The position numbers and the translations under genes were made by a program. 64,000 nt of DNA from Mobula hypostoma (lineage: Eukaryota), in assembly GCF_963921235.1 (NCBI RefSeq), contig NC_086125.1:7130001-7194000 (forward strand), in the 5' to 3' direction. A model generated the notes under the pieces. That model was given only the letters and a program-made list of their open reading frames with translations. It ran no database searches and was not told the origin of the DNA. Below, in pieces: positions 12,348 to 36,362 of the stretch (the first letter of the stretch is position 1; the number at the start of each line of letters is the position of its first letter).

Positions 12348-13917
12348 TAGTTGCAAGAAAAGGTTTGTGAACTCTGCAATTACCTGGTTTTCTGCATTAT
12401 TTACTCAAAATATGGTCTAATCTTCACCCAAGTCACAATAATAGACAAACACAATCTGCCTAAACTAATAACATACAAACAATTGCACTTTTCATGTTTT
12501 TATTGAACACTTTGTTTAATCATTCACAGCCGAGGCAGGAAAAAGTGTGAATTTAGTAACTGGTAGAACCTCCTTCAGTAGCAATAACCTCTACCAAATG
12601 TGATCAGACTTGCACAATGGTGAGAAGGAATTTTAGAGCATTCCTCCATACAAAATTGTTTCATTCATCAATATTTCTGGGATACCTTGCATAAACAACC
12701 CTTTCTGGGTCATGCCACGGCATCTCAAGTTTGTTAAGGTCTGGACTCTGACTTGGCCATTCCAAAACAATAATTTTCTTCTTTTAAAATCATTTTGTTG
12801 TTGATTCACTCTTGTGTTTCGGATCATTGTCTTGTTGCATTATCCGACTTCTATTAAGCTTCAGGTAACTGTCTGCTAGCATGACATTTTCATGTAAAAT
12901 GTCTTGATACAAATTTGAATTAATTGTTCCCTCAACAACTGCAAGCTGTCCAGGCCCTGAGGTAGCAAAGCAGATCCAAATCATAATGCTCCTTCCACCA
13001 TGCTTCACAGTTGGGATGAGGTTTTGGTGTTGGTGTCCATTGCCCTTTTCCCTCTGAACATAGCGGTGTGCTTTTCTGTCAAAAAGTCCAAATTTTGTCC
13101 CATCCGTCCACAGAACATGGTCTCAGAAGCATTGTAGAACATCCAAGTGGTCTTTTGCAAACTTGAGGTGTGCAACAATGTTTTTTTTTTGTTTGGAGAG
13201 CAGTGATTTCCTCCATGGTGTTCTTCCATGTATGTTCATTGTTTTTCTTGTAGTGGAGACATGAACAGAACAGATACTTTAGCAAATTCTAGAGATTTCT
13301 GCAGGTCTTTTTCTGTTACCCTTGGGTTCTTTGTCACCCCCTTCAGCATCGCACGTTGTGATCTTGGTGTGATATTTCCAGGGAGAGTAGCAACAGTACT
13401 AAATTTCCTCCATTCCTAGACAATTTCTATTTCTGTGGACCGATGAATACTCAGGTATTTAGAAATGCTTTAGTAGCCTTTTCCAGTTTTATGCACCTGT
13501 ACAATTCTTCTAAGGTCCTCTGAAGGTTGTTTTGATCGAGACATGGTGCAGATAAATAGATCTTTCTTGAGAACAGCAGGCTCAGTCAGTAACCATTGTG
13601 TGTCCTTTTTTATAGGGCAGAGTTTTTCACAACCAACACTTACAATCTCACCTCATGGATTGGAACACCTGCCTCCAAATAGCTTTTGTAGAAGGCATTA
13701 CCCCAGAGGTTTACATACTTCTTCCAACAAATACATGTAATATTGAATAATTTTTCTCAATAAATAAATGAACAATCATAATGGTTGTGTTATTTAATTG
13801 GTTTCTCTTTTACAGTATCTGGTTTTCGGGCGCGTGAAGATCTGATCACGTTTTGGGTTATATTTATGCGGAAATAGAGAAAATTCTACAGGGTTCACAA
13901 ACTTTCTAGCACCACTT
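12348..13917 (-). mobile_element. Decayed Tc1 transposon with long inverted repeats
   Basis: Broken DD34E transposase ORFs on the minus strand (KHGGRSIMIWICF, QQDNDPKHKS); long terminal IRs. Confidence 0.9.
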
Positions 13918-14152
13918 TATGTTAAATCATTGTAGGAGAGTCTGTTGTCCAATTTTGTTGGACCAGGATCACTATTGTACAGTGACCTCGTATGAACAAA
14001 ATTGGCATCTTCTAATCAGGACTCGGCGTGGAAACAAGTTATCCTCAGCCCGAGGGACTGCCAAAAGGGTCTTTCCCTTTAAGAACCAGTCATCTCCTTC
14101 CCTTTAAGAGGGCGGAGCCGACGTGACGCGTCGATCACGTGGTGGTACTGGC

Positions 14153-25210
<11,058 letters not shown>

Positions 25211-26120
25211 TGGGTGGGTGACCTAGGTACTCGGGTGCTGAATGCCAGCTCATCCCAGCAACGCTGCCAACGCACAACGTGAGAACGGGCGGTGCCACCA
25301 CCACTACGCCAGAGTGAGTGGACATCAGAAGCCAGTGGAAAACTTGGACTGGAGAGAAGGTAGAGGACAGGCTACCTCAGGGAGGGGTGCATTCCTCTCG
25401 TTGGTCTCTGCTTCACCTTGTTGATGTGCCTTTGCTCAATGGATGACGGGATTTGAACGGAATGGTACATGCGGTCATTTTTGTCTGTCTTTGCCATGTG
25501 TTTTTCACTTTCTCTCTTCCCTCTTTTGTGTTTTTTTGGTCTGCCTAGTGTTCGTGTCCTCTGTATTGATCATTCAGTTAAACAGCTGTGGAATGCACAT
25601 CTTTTACCCCTAGTCACCTCATTTATATTTTTTATCTGTTGTATTTTTGGATGACTCCCATGCGACGGTTGCAATTTCCTGCTCTCATTTCTACCTGTGG
25701 GACTAGTAAAACAAGTTAGCGCTGTGCATTAAAATATTTTTGAACTAGTCATATTTTAGTATGTTCCCCTAATGTTTTATCGATACGGCTTTGTGAATAA
25801 CCCTTACATTCGTGCACATCTCTCTCTGTCAGCTAGTGCCTTGTCTCGGGCAGTTTGTGTAACCGGAACTGCACAAGTACAGACTCATCTTGTCAGTGTT
25901 TGATCAACACAGTCAGCGTCTAGACTACTGCAATTCGATAGACACGTCGATTACTTTAAATATCTGCTGCAGTAACTCAATGCAATGTTGTGATTTTGTT
26001 CCTGTTACTCTGAGTTGTATTATTTTTGTATGTTTGCAGATGTGGCAGGATCTTAAACATTGGGAATTAAACTTTGTGCACATTATTTTAAAAATCACTT
26101 TGTGGGAGTTAAGTATCAAC

Positions 26121-26126
26121 AATAAA
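26121..26126 (+). terminator. Candidate FDX2 polyadenylation signal
   Basis: AATAAA about 900 nt after the stop; an ATTAAA also occurs near 25728. Confidence 0.45.
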
Positions 26127-26454
26127 CGTACACTCACCTTGTCACTCGTGTGAAACATGCCTGTCCTTGAATCTTGCCGAGGCTGAAATCAGTCTTTGCC
26201 GTCATTGATCGGTAATGAGAAAGCTCTTGGTGTGGTCTCAGCATCTGAAATGTGGACATGGTCTCATCACGTTATGCAGAGTTGGAATAATTGTGGGCAG
26301 AACAAAGAATAGCAGCCCTCATCAAACAGTGGAACAAAGCTAAAATGGGCCCGAGGTCTTTGGCTAATTTATCTGCAATGGGTAGTTATGAATTGTCAAT
26401 GACACCTTCTGGGTAAAGTATGAGGAACTCGCTACCTGCCCCCCCACCCCCCCA

Positions 26455-26830
26455 GGCTGTGGCCTGAGCCTACCACTGTTAATCTTCTCACACATGATGC
26501 ACGGCCATACACCCTAAGTAATCATATTGTCAGGTTTGCTGATGATACGACAGTGGTGGGCCTCATCAACAACAATGAGTGAGACATCCTATAGAGAGAA
26601 GGTGGAAGAGCTCAAGGCCTGGTGACAGGCAAATAACCTCTTCCTTAATGTCAACAAGGCAAAGGAGCTGGTTACCGGCTGGAGGAGAACTTGCACGATG
26701 CACACCTCACTTTACGTCGGCGGCACAGCAGTGGAAACTGACCAGTTTCACACTCCTGGGACTGCACATCTCGTACAGCCTCTCATGGTCCCACAACACA
26801 TCCTATACAGACAAGAAAGCTCACCAACAC
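26455..26830 (+). mobile_element. Rex-Babar LINE RT fragment
   Basis: FADDTTVVGLI motif. Confidence 0.75.
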
Positions 26831-27524
26831 CACTGCTGGAGTATTCTGGAGTTATCTGGATTCATATCTGCTATACTCACATAAGAACCAGTTATCCATG
26901 CTGAACATAAATTGCAAGCAGTAAATTGAAGATAAAAGCACAGGCTGGCCCACAAACTAAGATATGGTGTGCAAAATGGTGACCATGATATATTTGCATC
27001 TATATCAGCCAATTGATAAAACAATGGGGTCATGTTAATTGGGCCTGCGTCAAACCAGGCAACATGGCTGAGTTATTTGCACCATTGTGACTTGAATTCA
27101 AGCTGGCAGACTAGGCTGATGATGTCATTCAGCATATCAAACACGGTCACAGGTACAGTTGTGGTCAATAGCTGATCTATTGTGTACGCAGAATGTCGGC
27201 TCTCACAGGCACTCATCTTGGGCATCTGGCTCTCTGTTTTTAGAATATCTGTGTCAATTAGTTTGTCCCAACAGGGCTTTTTGAACATTCAGAGGCGTCT
27301 CCCACTGTAGGTATGTAACTCAAAGGAAACATTGTCGACCCAAAGTATTGAAATAAATGATATTGTAACTATTGAAATTGTGTTGAATCACCTTTGATCT
27401 TAAGGGCATAAAAATGAGTTTGTGACACTCTACTGAGAGGGTGTATAGAGGAGTGCCTGCTTGTTATGATGAATAAAGACTTATATAGCACCAGCTTCAG
27501 TATCTCACGGGGTGACTTTGATCA

Positions 27525-28160
27525 CAGTCACAACAGCCTCTACTTTCTGAGGAAGCTGAAGAGAGCTAGACAATGCACATCAATAGTCATGACCCTCTAC
27601 AGCTGCGCAGTAGAGAGCATCTGCAGTGTATTGTACAGAAACTGCACTGCCATGGACAGGAAGGCTCTGCAAAGGTTAGTCAAAACTGCCCAACGCGTCC
27701 TGTCTTCCCACCATCGAGGACAAAAATACAGGAAGAAGCTGTAAAAAGGCCAGCAATGGCATCAAGGGACCTCGGCCTTTGGACTGTGTGTCTCATTTGC
27801 ATTCAGGAGGAGCCAAGCAGCATTCCTGCCAGGACCACCAAACTCAAAAACAGCTACTTTCCCCAAGCAGTAAGGATAATCAATACTTACACCCACTAAC
27901 CCCACCACAACCCCAAGCATCACTAGTTAATCGTTTCCTGTCAAAGTCACCTTATCTGCACACTCCTGAACCTAGTGTCACTTTATGCACATACAATTTA
28001 TGTATATAAGCTATCTTATGTATTTGTATTTCTTGTGTTTTTATTATTGTATTCTTTATCTTATTGTGTTTTTTATTTTGTTCTGCATCGGATCTGAAGT
28101 AACAATCATTTCGTGCTCCTTTCCACCTGTGTGCTGAAAATAATATTAAACCATCTTGAA
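27525..28160 (+). mobile_element. Rex-Babar LINE 3' end abutting the FBXL12 promoter
   Basis: LYFLRKLKRA...ARTTKLKNSYFPQAVR plus 3' tail. Confidence 0.75.
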
Positions 28161-28169
28161 TCACGAAGA

Positions 28170-28830
28170 GCTCCATTACTCCGGACCGGTGGGGGGCGCT
28201 ACGGTTCCCGGCCGACGGCGGGGCTCTGCGGATCCGAGCCGGCTGGCGGCGCAGTTCAGGGAGGCCGGCGGCGGGGCGGGATTTGGGCCCTTCTCCGGAA
28301 GGCGGATGTTGTCGTCCACTTTGTGTCTCCGGCTGAAAATGGCTGCGGTGTTATTCGAAAATGCGACGCTGAACTCGCTGCCCGAGAACGTGCTAGTGGA
28401 GATCCTGTCCTACTTGTCCACCCGGGACCTGCTCCGCATCAGCAGGTACTGAGCTGGCGGGGCCGGGCGGGAGCTGGCGGTGGAAGTGGGAGATGTGGGT
28501 CCGCCCGGAATGGGGGTGCGGAGGAAGGGAGGGGGCGAGAGAGACAGAGGAGGAGGGGGGGTGAGAGGCCTAGTTTCCCTCATTCCTGAGGGAAGGGAAG
28601 GCAGGGTGGTAGCTGTCAGGCCTAGTGCACCAGGGAAGGTTGGAGGAAGGGGGAATGGAGGTGGGTGTCGGGGCAGGAAATAGAGCCGCCGCCTGGAAGG
28701 TGGGAGGGGGCGGGCGGCTGGAGGAGTTGCGACAGGCCCCGTCCGTGAGAGTTGGGGTTGGCTGGTGGTGGGCCCGATGGAGAGGTAGCTCCCACGGGGA
28801 GATGGGGGGAAACCGGCTTGCGGGGGGGTG
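28170..28830 (+). promoter_or_regulatory. FBXL12 CpG island/promoter (ETS CCGGAAG, GC boxes)
   Basis: High CpG and G+C content; CCGGAAGGCGGATG at about 28295; aaaATGG start context. Confidence 0.7.
28339..28445 (+). CDS. FBXL12: FBXL12 exon 1
   Basis: MAAVLFENATLNSLPENVLVEILSYLSTRDLLRIS; AG|gtactg. Confidence 0.88.
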
Positions 28831-30738
28831 GGGGGAGTCACGTCAAGGGTGAGGAGAAAGAGAAGTCGTCCAGATCAGATTGGGGAGGGGTGTTCAAGGA
28901 GACACCGGCTGGCAGAGAACAGTAAAGTGGTAGCTTGTTTCCAATGCGGGTGAGGTGTAAAGACCGGTTTGCCCATGAGAGAGAGAGGAAAAACATTACC
29001 AGAGTGTACTGGTTTGGAGGGAGGGGGTTGACCACGTCTCATCCCCCTGTAGAAGGTAAAGATCTTTTGGGAGGGGAGGAAAGTGTTACAAACATGGCAG
29101 TCAGGGTGGAGACAGGAGCTATGGAGTGGAGAGTCTGGCCCAATCCTCTAGCGAATGTAAAGAGTGGGGCATCAAACCTGCCTCCTCATGAACAAGGATG
29201 ATGGAGAATTAAATAAGTGAACCCCCAGGAGAAGATAGGTGGTTGGGGCTGGTACCGAGTGTTTAGATCTTGGTTGTGGGAAGGACAACTGGGAAGTTGC
29301 TGGGAAGTGGGATGAAGGTGGACAGTGTTAACCTTGGGTCTAGGATATATCTCCTGACCTAGCTAGGAATAAATTGGGATTTTAACTTCAAGACAGTCTG
29401 ATTGTGATGAGTAATTCAGGAGAGATCTTTATGTTTCCTCAGAGTTTGCAAAAGATGGAGAAGATTAGCTTATGACAAAGGACTCTGGAAAGATGTTAAT
29501 TTAACCCCATACAAGGTAAGGTATTTATTTCTATAAAACTTTGGCATTGAAATTTTGAGAGAAATAATTGTAGGTTTGCTGAATGGTTCAGTAGTGAACG
29601 GAGGCTACCAAATTTAAAAGATTTCATGCAGTGTCCAAGTTAAGGGGTTATTTTGCAGTATGCAAACATCATTGTAAATGTAATTGCAGCACCTTTTAAA
29701 CATCATATCATGTCTCATTGCCTGAATGATGAAGTGCTTTTTAGCTTCATCTTGAACAGTCTGGGTTCCCTGATCCCAGAAAATACTTTCCCGATACTGG
29801 CCCAATCAAGGCAGCCCTCAGATGCCCAGGGCCGACACTGTATGTAACAATCGAGAAAATGTTGGTGTCTCATCAGTCAGCGTGTCTCTTGTGTGATTAC
29901 TTGTGATTTGATTCTGTTCTTTCAGGTAAACTCAAGGATACTCTGGCACCTGGTCAGACATTACCTGGGTGGAACTCTGAGGACCCTGAGAATCAAAGGT
30001 GTCCTCCACTCTGTCAAGAAGAATGAGTCACTAACTGAAGCCTTGCTGTTGGAGATCGGAAAACGCTGTCCCAACCTGACTGAGCTGCGGCTGATTGAAA
30101 TGAACCTGCGGGGCATTAATTATGAATGCCTGCCCCCTTCGCTGCTCAGCCTGGAGCTGACACATTGCGAGATTCCCTTGCACTGGTTCAGGGCTGCGGC
30201 TGCTGCCAATGGGACCCGTGTGCCGCCTCGCATCAAGAACCTGGAAGTGGACAATGTCCCCAACTTCTCGGACCAGCACCTGCAGAACCTTGCGTCCCGT
30301 ACAGCACTGAAGGTACTGATCCTGTCGGGCACGTACAGAGTCACTGACTCGGGCATCGAGAAGTCAGCTGAGTGCCTGTCTGAGGTAGTCCACCTCAAGC
30401 TTCACGGCTGCAACATCTCCGACGAGTCGCTGCGCCACATCGCTCGGCATCTGACACAGCTCCGCACTTTGGACCTCACGAACTTCTGTTCTATGACTGA
30501 CGCGGGCCTGGCCTGTCTCGGTGACCTGCGCTCACTGCAGTCCCTCTGCTTCGAGTACTGTGACCAGATCACTGTTGAGAAGCTCTTGGCCGTCTGCACC
30601 GGCCTTCCATCCCTGGCAAAGCTCAACCTGAACGGGAATCCCTACTCCGAGGGGGACCTGCAGAGAATCCGACAGAGCTTGCCGAACTGCACCGTTACCA
30701 ACGATTTCCCTGCCATAGATTCTGTGCCTAAGTTTTAA
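28339..30738 (+). CDS. FBXL12: F-box/LRR-repeat protein 12; exons 28339-28445, 29443-29515, 29926-30738; 330 aa
   Basis: F-box LNSLPENVLVEILSYL...RVCKRWRRLAYDKGLWKDVNLTPY followed by LRRs; 3-exon structure and size match FBXL12; phases are consistent. Confidence 0.88.
29443..29515 (+). CDS. FBXL12: FBXL12 exon 2
   Basis: cctcag|A GTT TGC AAA AGA TGG ... AAG|gtaagg. Confidence 0.9.
29926..30738 (+). CDS. FBXL12: FBXL12 exon 3 (LRR region)
   Basis: tttcag|GTA; part of ORF 29893-30738. Confidence 0.92.
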   Translation, partial: VNSRILWHLVRHYLGGTLRTLRIKGVLHSVKKNESLTEALLLEIGKRCPNLTELRLIEMNLRGINYECLPPSLLSLELTHCEIPLHWFRAAAAANGTRVPPRIKNLEVDNVPNFSDQHLQNLASRTALKVLILSGTYRVTDSGIEKSAECLSEVVHLKLHGCNISDESLRHIARHLTQLRTLDLTNFCSMTDAGLACLGDLRSLQSLCFEYCDQITVEKLLAVCTGLPSLAKLNLNGNPYSEGDLQRIRQSLPNCTVTNDFPAIDSVPKF

Positions 30739-31402
30739 CCGCGGGTTGTATTTTTCACCCTGGTAGTGCTTTGGCTTTGTCGGGCGGATTGGGAGCTTGC
30801 CAACTGCACTACACAACCTGAGCTGTTCTTTATTCTCTTGCATGGATTTTGTGCGGTCGGTCAGGTCCCAAAAAGCATAGTGTTTGAATGGACAGAAGCT
30901 CGCTGCTGAACCACTCATCTCCCAGTCTGGTACCCGTGACACCTCTCTGGTGTGAGGGAGAGTGAGTACCCTGAACGAATAACGTGGGAGTTTAACTCGG
31001 AGTGGGTTCGGATGAGGCAGATAGAAACTGCTGAACAGGGGTGATCTAGGAAGCTGTTTGGTCGCTGACGTCAAGGCAAGAAGGACCTGGTGCTCACTGG
31101 CTCTGTCTTTCGGATTGCGTGCCAATGGTTTTGAGGTGCTGGGACTGCGGAAGCCAGCACAGAGCTGAGCACATTACAAGGAGGAAGAGCATAGAGATGG
31201 AACGCGAACTGAATTACACTGCAGGATTGTCAGCAGCCAAATGCACAAACCCTGGCCTGCTGTGCTGAGCAGTGGCGTGGGGGCTAATCAAATGGCTCAC
31301 GGTTTGCCGGTGGCCCATGAAGAATACTTAAATTGTTCATTAAATGTCACACTCATTCAGCTAGGTAACTTTATTTGAGAGCTCTGTTTGTGCATTTTGA
31401 AA

Positions 31403-31408
31403 AATAAA
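31403..31408 (+). terminator. Likely FBXL12 polyadenylation signal
   Basis: AATAAA followed by U-rich sequence. Confidence 0.55.
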
Positions 31409-32254
31409 CTTTATCATTTGTAACAATTTACATATTTCTCTATTTCCTGATAACTGATGTCCCCTTTGATTGAGTGCATTGGCCATTTGTGGTTTATCCG
31501 TGAGAAATGCTTCCGAAATGTTTCTTTACGTTGAGGATAATTTTAGGGCAGGATGGCTTGTTGCAAGGAGTGATTGAAGCAAAGTCAGTTACATAATTTA
31601 AGGTAGAGTTTAATATTTAAATAGGAGAGAGAGTGGGACAGGTTAGTGGTGTTGCAAAAACATCTGCCTCTGAATTTCTCTCTTCCATCTATGGACAGAT
31701 TACCCCGAACCTGGCATGAGTTTCCACGTTCTAAATGTTGGTGCACAGCTCCAGCCCCTCTGTGCCTTAACTCACTTCTGTGCCATCTGCATGTTACAGC
31801 TGAGTGTCGTAAGGCTTGATACTGAGAAGCTTGAACCCATTCTTTCTCGTGACCATCCATGTGCTCTGCTCTTTTGACACTGATGTTACCCTGCTCTGTA
31901 ATGGTCCACACTGTACAGAAATAGATTCCACTTACTAATCTAATGTCCTCCTAATTCCCCACAGCATTCATTGTAATATTTAATGCCATCTTCCGCTACC
32001 TCTATCTCCCCTGGTTCTGCAAACATCTCGGAGCTGACCCACTCATTACCCCTTTCCCCCAAAGAACCATTACCAGCAGCCGGGGCAGAGTTGTGACCAT
32101 GCTGTGGACCTTGAACGTGGTGCCTCTCCCCCGCTTGTTTCCCTCACATCTGACAACACAGAGGACACCTGTGTCTCTTTGCTTATCACAATTGACTGAA
32201 ACAAAATGGGAAAGCAAGAAAATAAAATCTATAAACAAGCCAGGTTAGCAAGTC

Positions 32255-32625
32255 ACAAACAAGAAAACCTGCAGGTGCTGGAAATCCGAAGCAACACACA
32301 CAAAATGCTGGAGGAGCTCAGCAGGCCAGGTGGCATCTATAGATAGGAGTGAACGGTCGATATTTTGGGCTGAGAACCCTTCTTGAGGATTGGAAAGGAA
32401 GGGGAGAAGTCAAAGTGAGAAAGGTGGGAGGGGGAGGGGAGGAAGAAGTACAAGGTGGTAGGTGATAGGTGAAACCGGGAGGGGGCGGAGGGTGAAGTAA
32501 AGAGCTGGAAAGTTGGTGAGAGAGAGAGAGCAGGAGGGGGGGAAATCTGAGAGGAGAGGATTGAAGGCCATGGAAGAAAGGGAAGGGATAGAGCACCAGA
32601 GGGAGTTGATGGGGAAGTGAATCTT
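32255..32625 (-). mobile_element. Penelope-like terminal fragment
   Basis: caaaatgctggaggagctcagcagg motif plus purine tract. Confidence 0.7.
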
Positions 32626-33277
32626 TTGACAGAAAGACATGAGGGAAATGAAGAAGGTGAAAAGTATAATGAATTTTGGGGAATCTAATGTTGCTTCCTG
32701 CCTGTTCAGACCACTGCCAAAAACAGCGTCTTCATTTTCCTGTTAATTTATTTCAACTTATATTTCAATTTACTGACTCAATCTGAACAGTATTAGGAAG
32801 GTTTTGCTTCAAAGACTTCACAATGTTTCAAGCTGTTACATGACACTGCTGCATTTGTTGAAGCAGTTTATTTTTGTTCTGGTACTTGGTTTGTGGAGTG
32901 CTTTACAATTATGCAGTTCCTATGGTTACCAGTTTGTTTCTAGAGTTGTAATCTGTCTTGGTAAAAGCACCAGAGGAGAAATAAAGATTTCAATTTTATG
33001 CTTTGTCCATCTTTCATTTATGTTCGCCAGCCTTGCTAGCAATCCCACTCCAAGCTCCACCACAACCCCCAGTAGAGTTCAAGAATAGCCTTGCAGTGGT
33101 ACAGGTCACACTCGAGACTGGAGTTCCGCTTATTTGTGCTTTCTGGTAAAGCATAAAACATGGTTTGATGAATAATATTACTTAAGAAATCAAAATCATT
33201 CAGATTCCATCCTGTCACTCGGCATGAACGATTATATTTAATTAGTCTGAGTTTTAGTGTTTGAGAATGTAAATATA

Positions 33278-34771
33278 CAGTGCCTTGAAAATGTATTCAG
33301 ACCCTAGTCCTTTACTCACAGGTCGGTCAATTTAACTGAGAAGTTTTATTTGTGAATAACATGCTCCTCTTTTTACAGTAGAGGCCAAAAAAGGGGGAAA
33401 TTGTAAACCACAAAAAACTAAAATTTCAAAAACTGAAATGTGAGTAGTTCAAAAGTATTCATTCCCCTTTCCTCAGTACTTAGCTGAACCACCGATCGCA
33501 ACTATTACAGCCAGTTGTCTTTTTGATAAGTCTATATTTGCTTTGCACAACATGATGAAGCAAGATTTGCCCATTCCTCCTTGCAAAATTGCTCATGCGA
33601 TGCCGGGTTAGTTGGTGAGTGAAGACGGACAGCAATCTTGAGGTTCAGGCAGAAATATTTATTCTGGTTAGGTCTGGACTCTGACTGGGCCACTCGAGGA
33701 TATCAATTTTCTGCATTCCATTGTTGTTCTGGCAGAGTGTTTTGGGTCAGTGTCCTGCTGAAAGACAAACTTCCTCCCCAGCTTAAGCTTTCGGGCAGAG
33801 GCGAGCAGGTTTAGATCTGGAGCTCTCTGTATTTAGCAGCATTCCTCTTCCCATCAATCCTGACAGGATGTCCAGTCCCTGCTGCTGAAATGCATCCCTA
33901 TAGCATGATGCTATGTCCACCATACTTTACAGTAGAGATGGTGTTATCTGGTTGACATGCAGTTTTAGAATTACGCCATATGTACCACGTAGTGTTGAGA
34001 CCAAAATGTTCCACCTTAGTCTCATATGACCTGAAGACTGTCTTCCACATCTTTAGAGTATTTTCAAGTGATGCTTTCCAAAGTCTTTACTAGGAAGATA
34101 TGTTTTTCTTTAGCCAGGGCTTCTTTCTTGCTATTCTTCCACACAAAAAAAATTGTGTAAGGCCTTAGAAATGGTGGAGCCATAAACTTCATCTCCAGTT
34201 GGTAGCCACTGAGTTCTGCAGCTCACTCCAGGTGACTTGGCGTTACAATAGTCTCTGTTACAAGTGCCATTCTTCTCCAGTGGCTAAGCTTAGGGAGGCA
34301 GACTGAGTTCCGAGGTATGTTCAGCGCCTTTGAGATGGTCTTGTACCCTTCCCCAGTTTGTGCTTCTCTATTATCATCTCCTTCACTTGTCTTGAATGCT
34401 CTTTGTCTTCATTTTGGTTTGGTCTATTAAAAATCTACCATACTGTTGGACCTTGCAGAGAGAGGGGGTATTTATTTGTATGAATTCATTGAAAACAGGT
34501 GATCCTCCAATTTTCTACATCATGAAATTTAGTGAATACAGTATTACACCTGTGGAAAGTTAGTGTAGTAAATACAAAGGGGATGAATACTTTTTCAGGC
34601 TCTTGATTTTGGTTTTTAGCTTTTAGTAAATTGTTGACAGGTTTTGGAATTTCTCTTTTGATTTGACATGATACACAATGGTTCGTAAAATAGCTCTAAA
34701 ATCCTACAATATATTTTAAATTTAGAAAATGAGGTGGTAAAACGTGAAAATAGTTGTGTGAGTAGGTACTG
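33278..34771 (-). mobile_element. Decayed Tc1 transposon (second family)
   Basis: TA-CAGTGCCTTGAAAATGTATTC start, ...TACTG-TA end; TVKYGG-SIML and FQQD remnants on the minus strand. Confidence 0.8.
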
Positions 34772-34779
34772 TAAGGGCA

Positions 34780-35315
34780 GCAGAATCAGGTTTAATATCA
34801 CTGGTATACATTGCGAAGTTTACCTTTGCGGTAGCAGTACAATGCAATACATAATGAGAAGAAAAAAACTGAATTACAGTATATATAAAATAGTTAAGTG
34901 GTGCGAAAACAGAAATTTTTAAAAAATTAGAGGTAGAGTTCACGGGCTCATTCCATTCAGAAATCGGATGGCAGAGGGGAAGAAGCTGTTCCTGAATCAT
35001 TGAGTGTGTGTGTTCACACACTGTACCTCCTTCCTGATGGTAGCAATGAGAACAAGGCATGACCTTGATGGGTGGGGGTCCTTAATGATAAATGATGCCT
35101 TTTTGAGGCATCGCTCCTTGAAGATGTCCTGAATACCACGGAGGGTAGTGCTCCTGATGGAGATGACTAAATCTACAATCTCTGCAGCTTAATATGATCC
35201 TGTGCAGTGGTCCCCTCCACCACCCCATCCCCCCCCATACCAGACGGTGATGCAGCCAGTTAGAATGCTCTCTACAGTACATTTGTAGAAATTTGTGAGT
35301 TTTTGGTGACATACC
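34780..35315 (-). mobile_element. Rex-Babar LINE 3' fragment
   Basis: Similar to 18286-18710. Confidence 0.7.
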
Positions 35316-35606
35316 AAAGATCCCAGGTATATTTCGATTTAATATTTTACTTCCTATATGAGACTTTTTACATTTACTTATATTAAATTTCATCTGTCAT
35401 TCATCTGCTCACATCTATATTCTGGCTGGATTTAGCTGTCTTGATTCTGCTGCCTGAATGTTATCAACTCGTCCCCCTAATTTTGTGTCATCGGCAAACT
35501 TGATTCAGATTTGAATTTTAAATCCTACATGAAGTGATCAGGGCAGGATTTCTACACTTAGGAAATATTGCAAAGGTGTGTCCATTTCTGTCACGTAATG
35601 ATAGGT

Positions 35607-36362
35607 CATCATTACTTTTTGAACACAAACACACGCAACTGACGGTATTGCTCTAAGCACTGTGTAGTGTCTTAACGGCCACACAAGTTCACACGACTGA
35701 CGCTAGTTAGAAATGGTTCAGCAAGACTCCTGTTCCAATTATGTGGCAGTGTTCCAAATAAATGAGGGGAATCTCGGCTATTTTCTCAATTAGTGTTTGT
35801 TCTTTAAGGGTTGTCCCATATAAGTGGCTGCCCGATTAACCGATGACCCAATTAACCAGAATGCACTGTACTTGTCTCCTTAATTCATAGAATTTTGCCG
35901 TAGAAGATGCCCGTCTAAATCTTCATTTGCTGTTGAAGTTAGAAATAAAAAATTCTACAATTCCTAGTCCAAAAGGTAATGTTGCTCCTGGTCAGTACCA
36001 AACCATTCTTGGTGAAAACAACACCATCCTTGGTTGGTGACTCTCCTTCCCACTGTGTAATTGCTTGTGTCTTTTTCTTTCTCATGCCAAGTTACCACTT
36101 TGGGTAATAAAAGAGGGTGGGCTGTTGCCATGACTTTTTTTTTCCTGTGTTCTTTCCGTCCTCTCTATACAACCCCAACAAACCTCAATTAAACCTTTCG
36201 ATGAGGGACATTATGGTCTACCATACTGAACAATGAGTTCACCAATTTTCGAAGCCAGTTATTGTTCCCATTTGAAACTCCTCAAAGCCCTTTATTATTT
36301 TCTTTCTTGACAGATTTTATTTTTGCTTTCTTTCATGTTTGCGGATCGTTTTTTCAATATTT
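35607..36362 (+). repeat. Local segmental duplication copy of 58927-59692
   Basis: Near-identical over about 755 bp, direct orientation. Confidence 0.95.

Noticed and set aside
26985-27095. Octamer (ATTTGCAT) and Sox-like (AACAATG) motifs as an enhancer
   Set aside because: Short motifs expected by chance; no conservation data to support them.
28113-29201. Several overlapping Gly/Arg/Pro-rich ORFs
   Set aside because: Stop-poor CpG island and G-rich intron of FBXL12; only 28339-28445 is supported.
30532-31125. 197-aa antisense ORF over the FBXL12 3' end
   Set aside because: No recognisable domain or promoter; a typical antisense shadow of GC-rich coding and UTR sequence.
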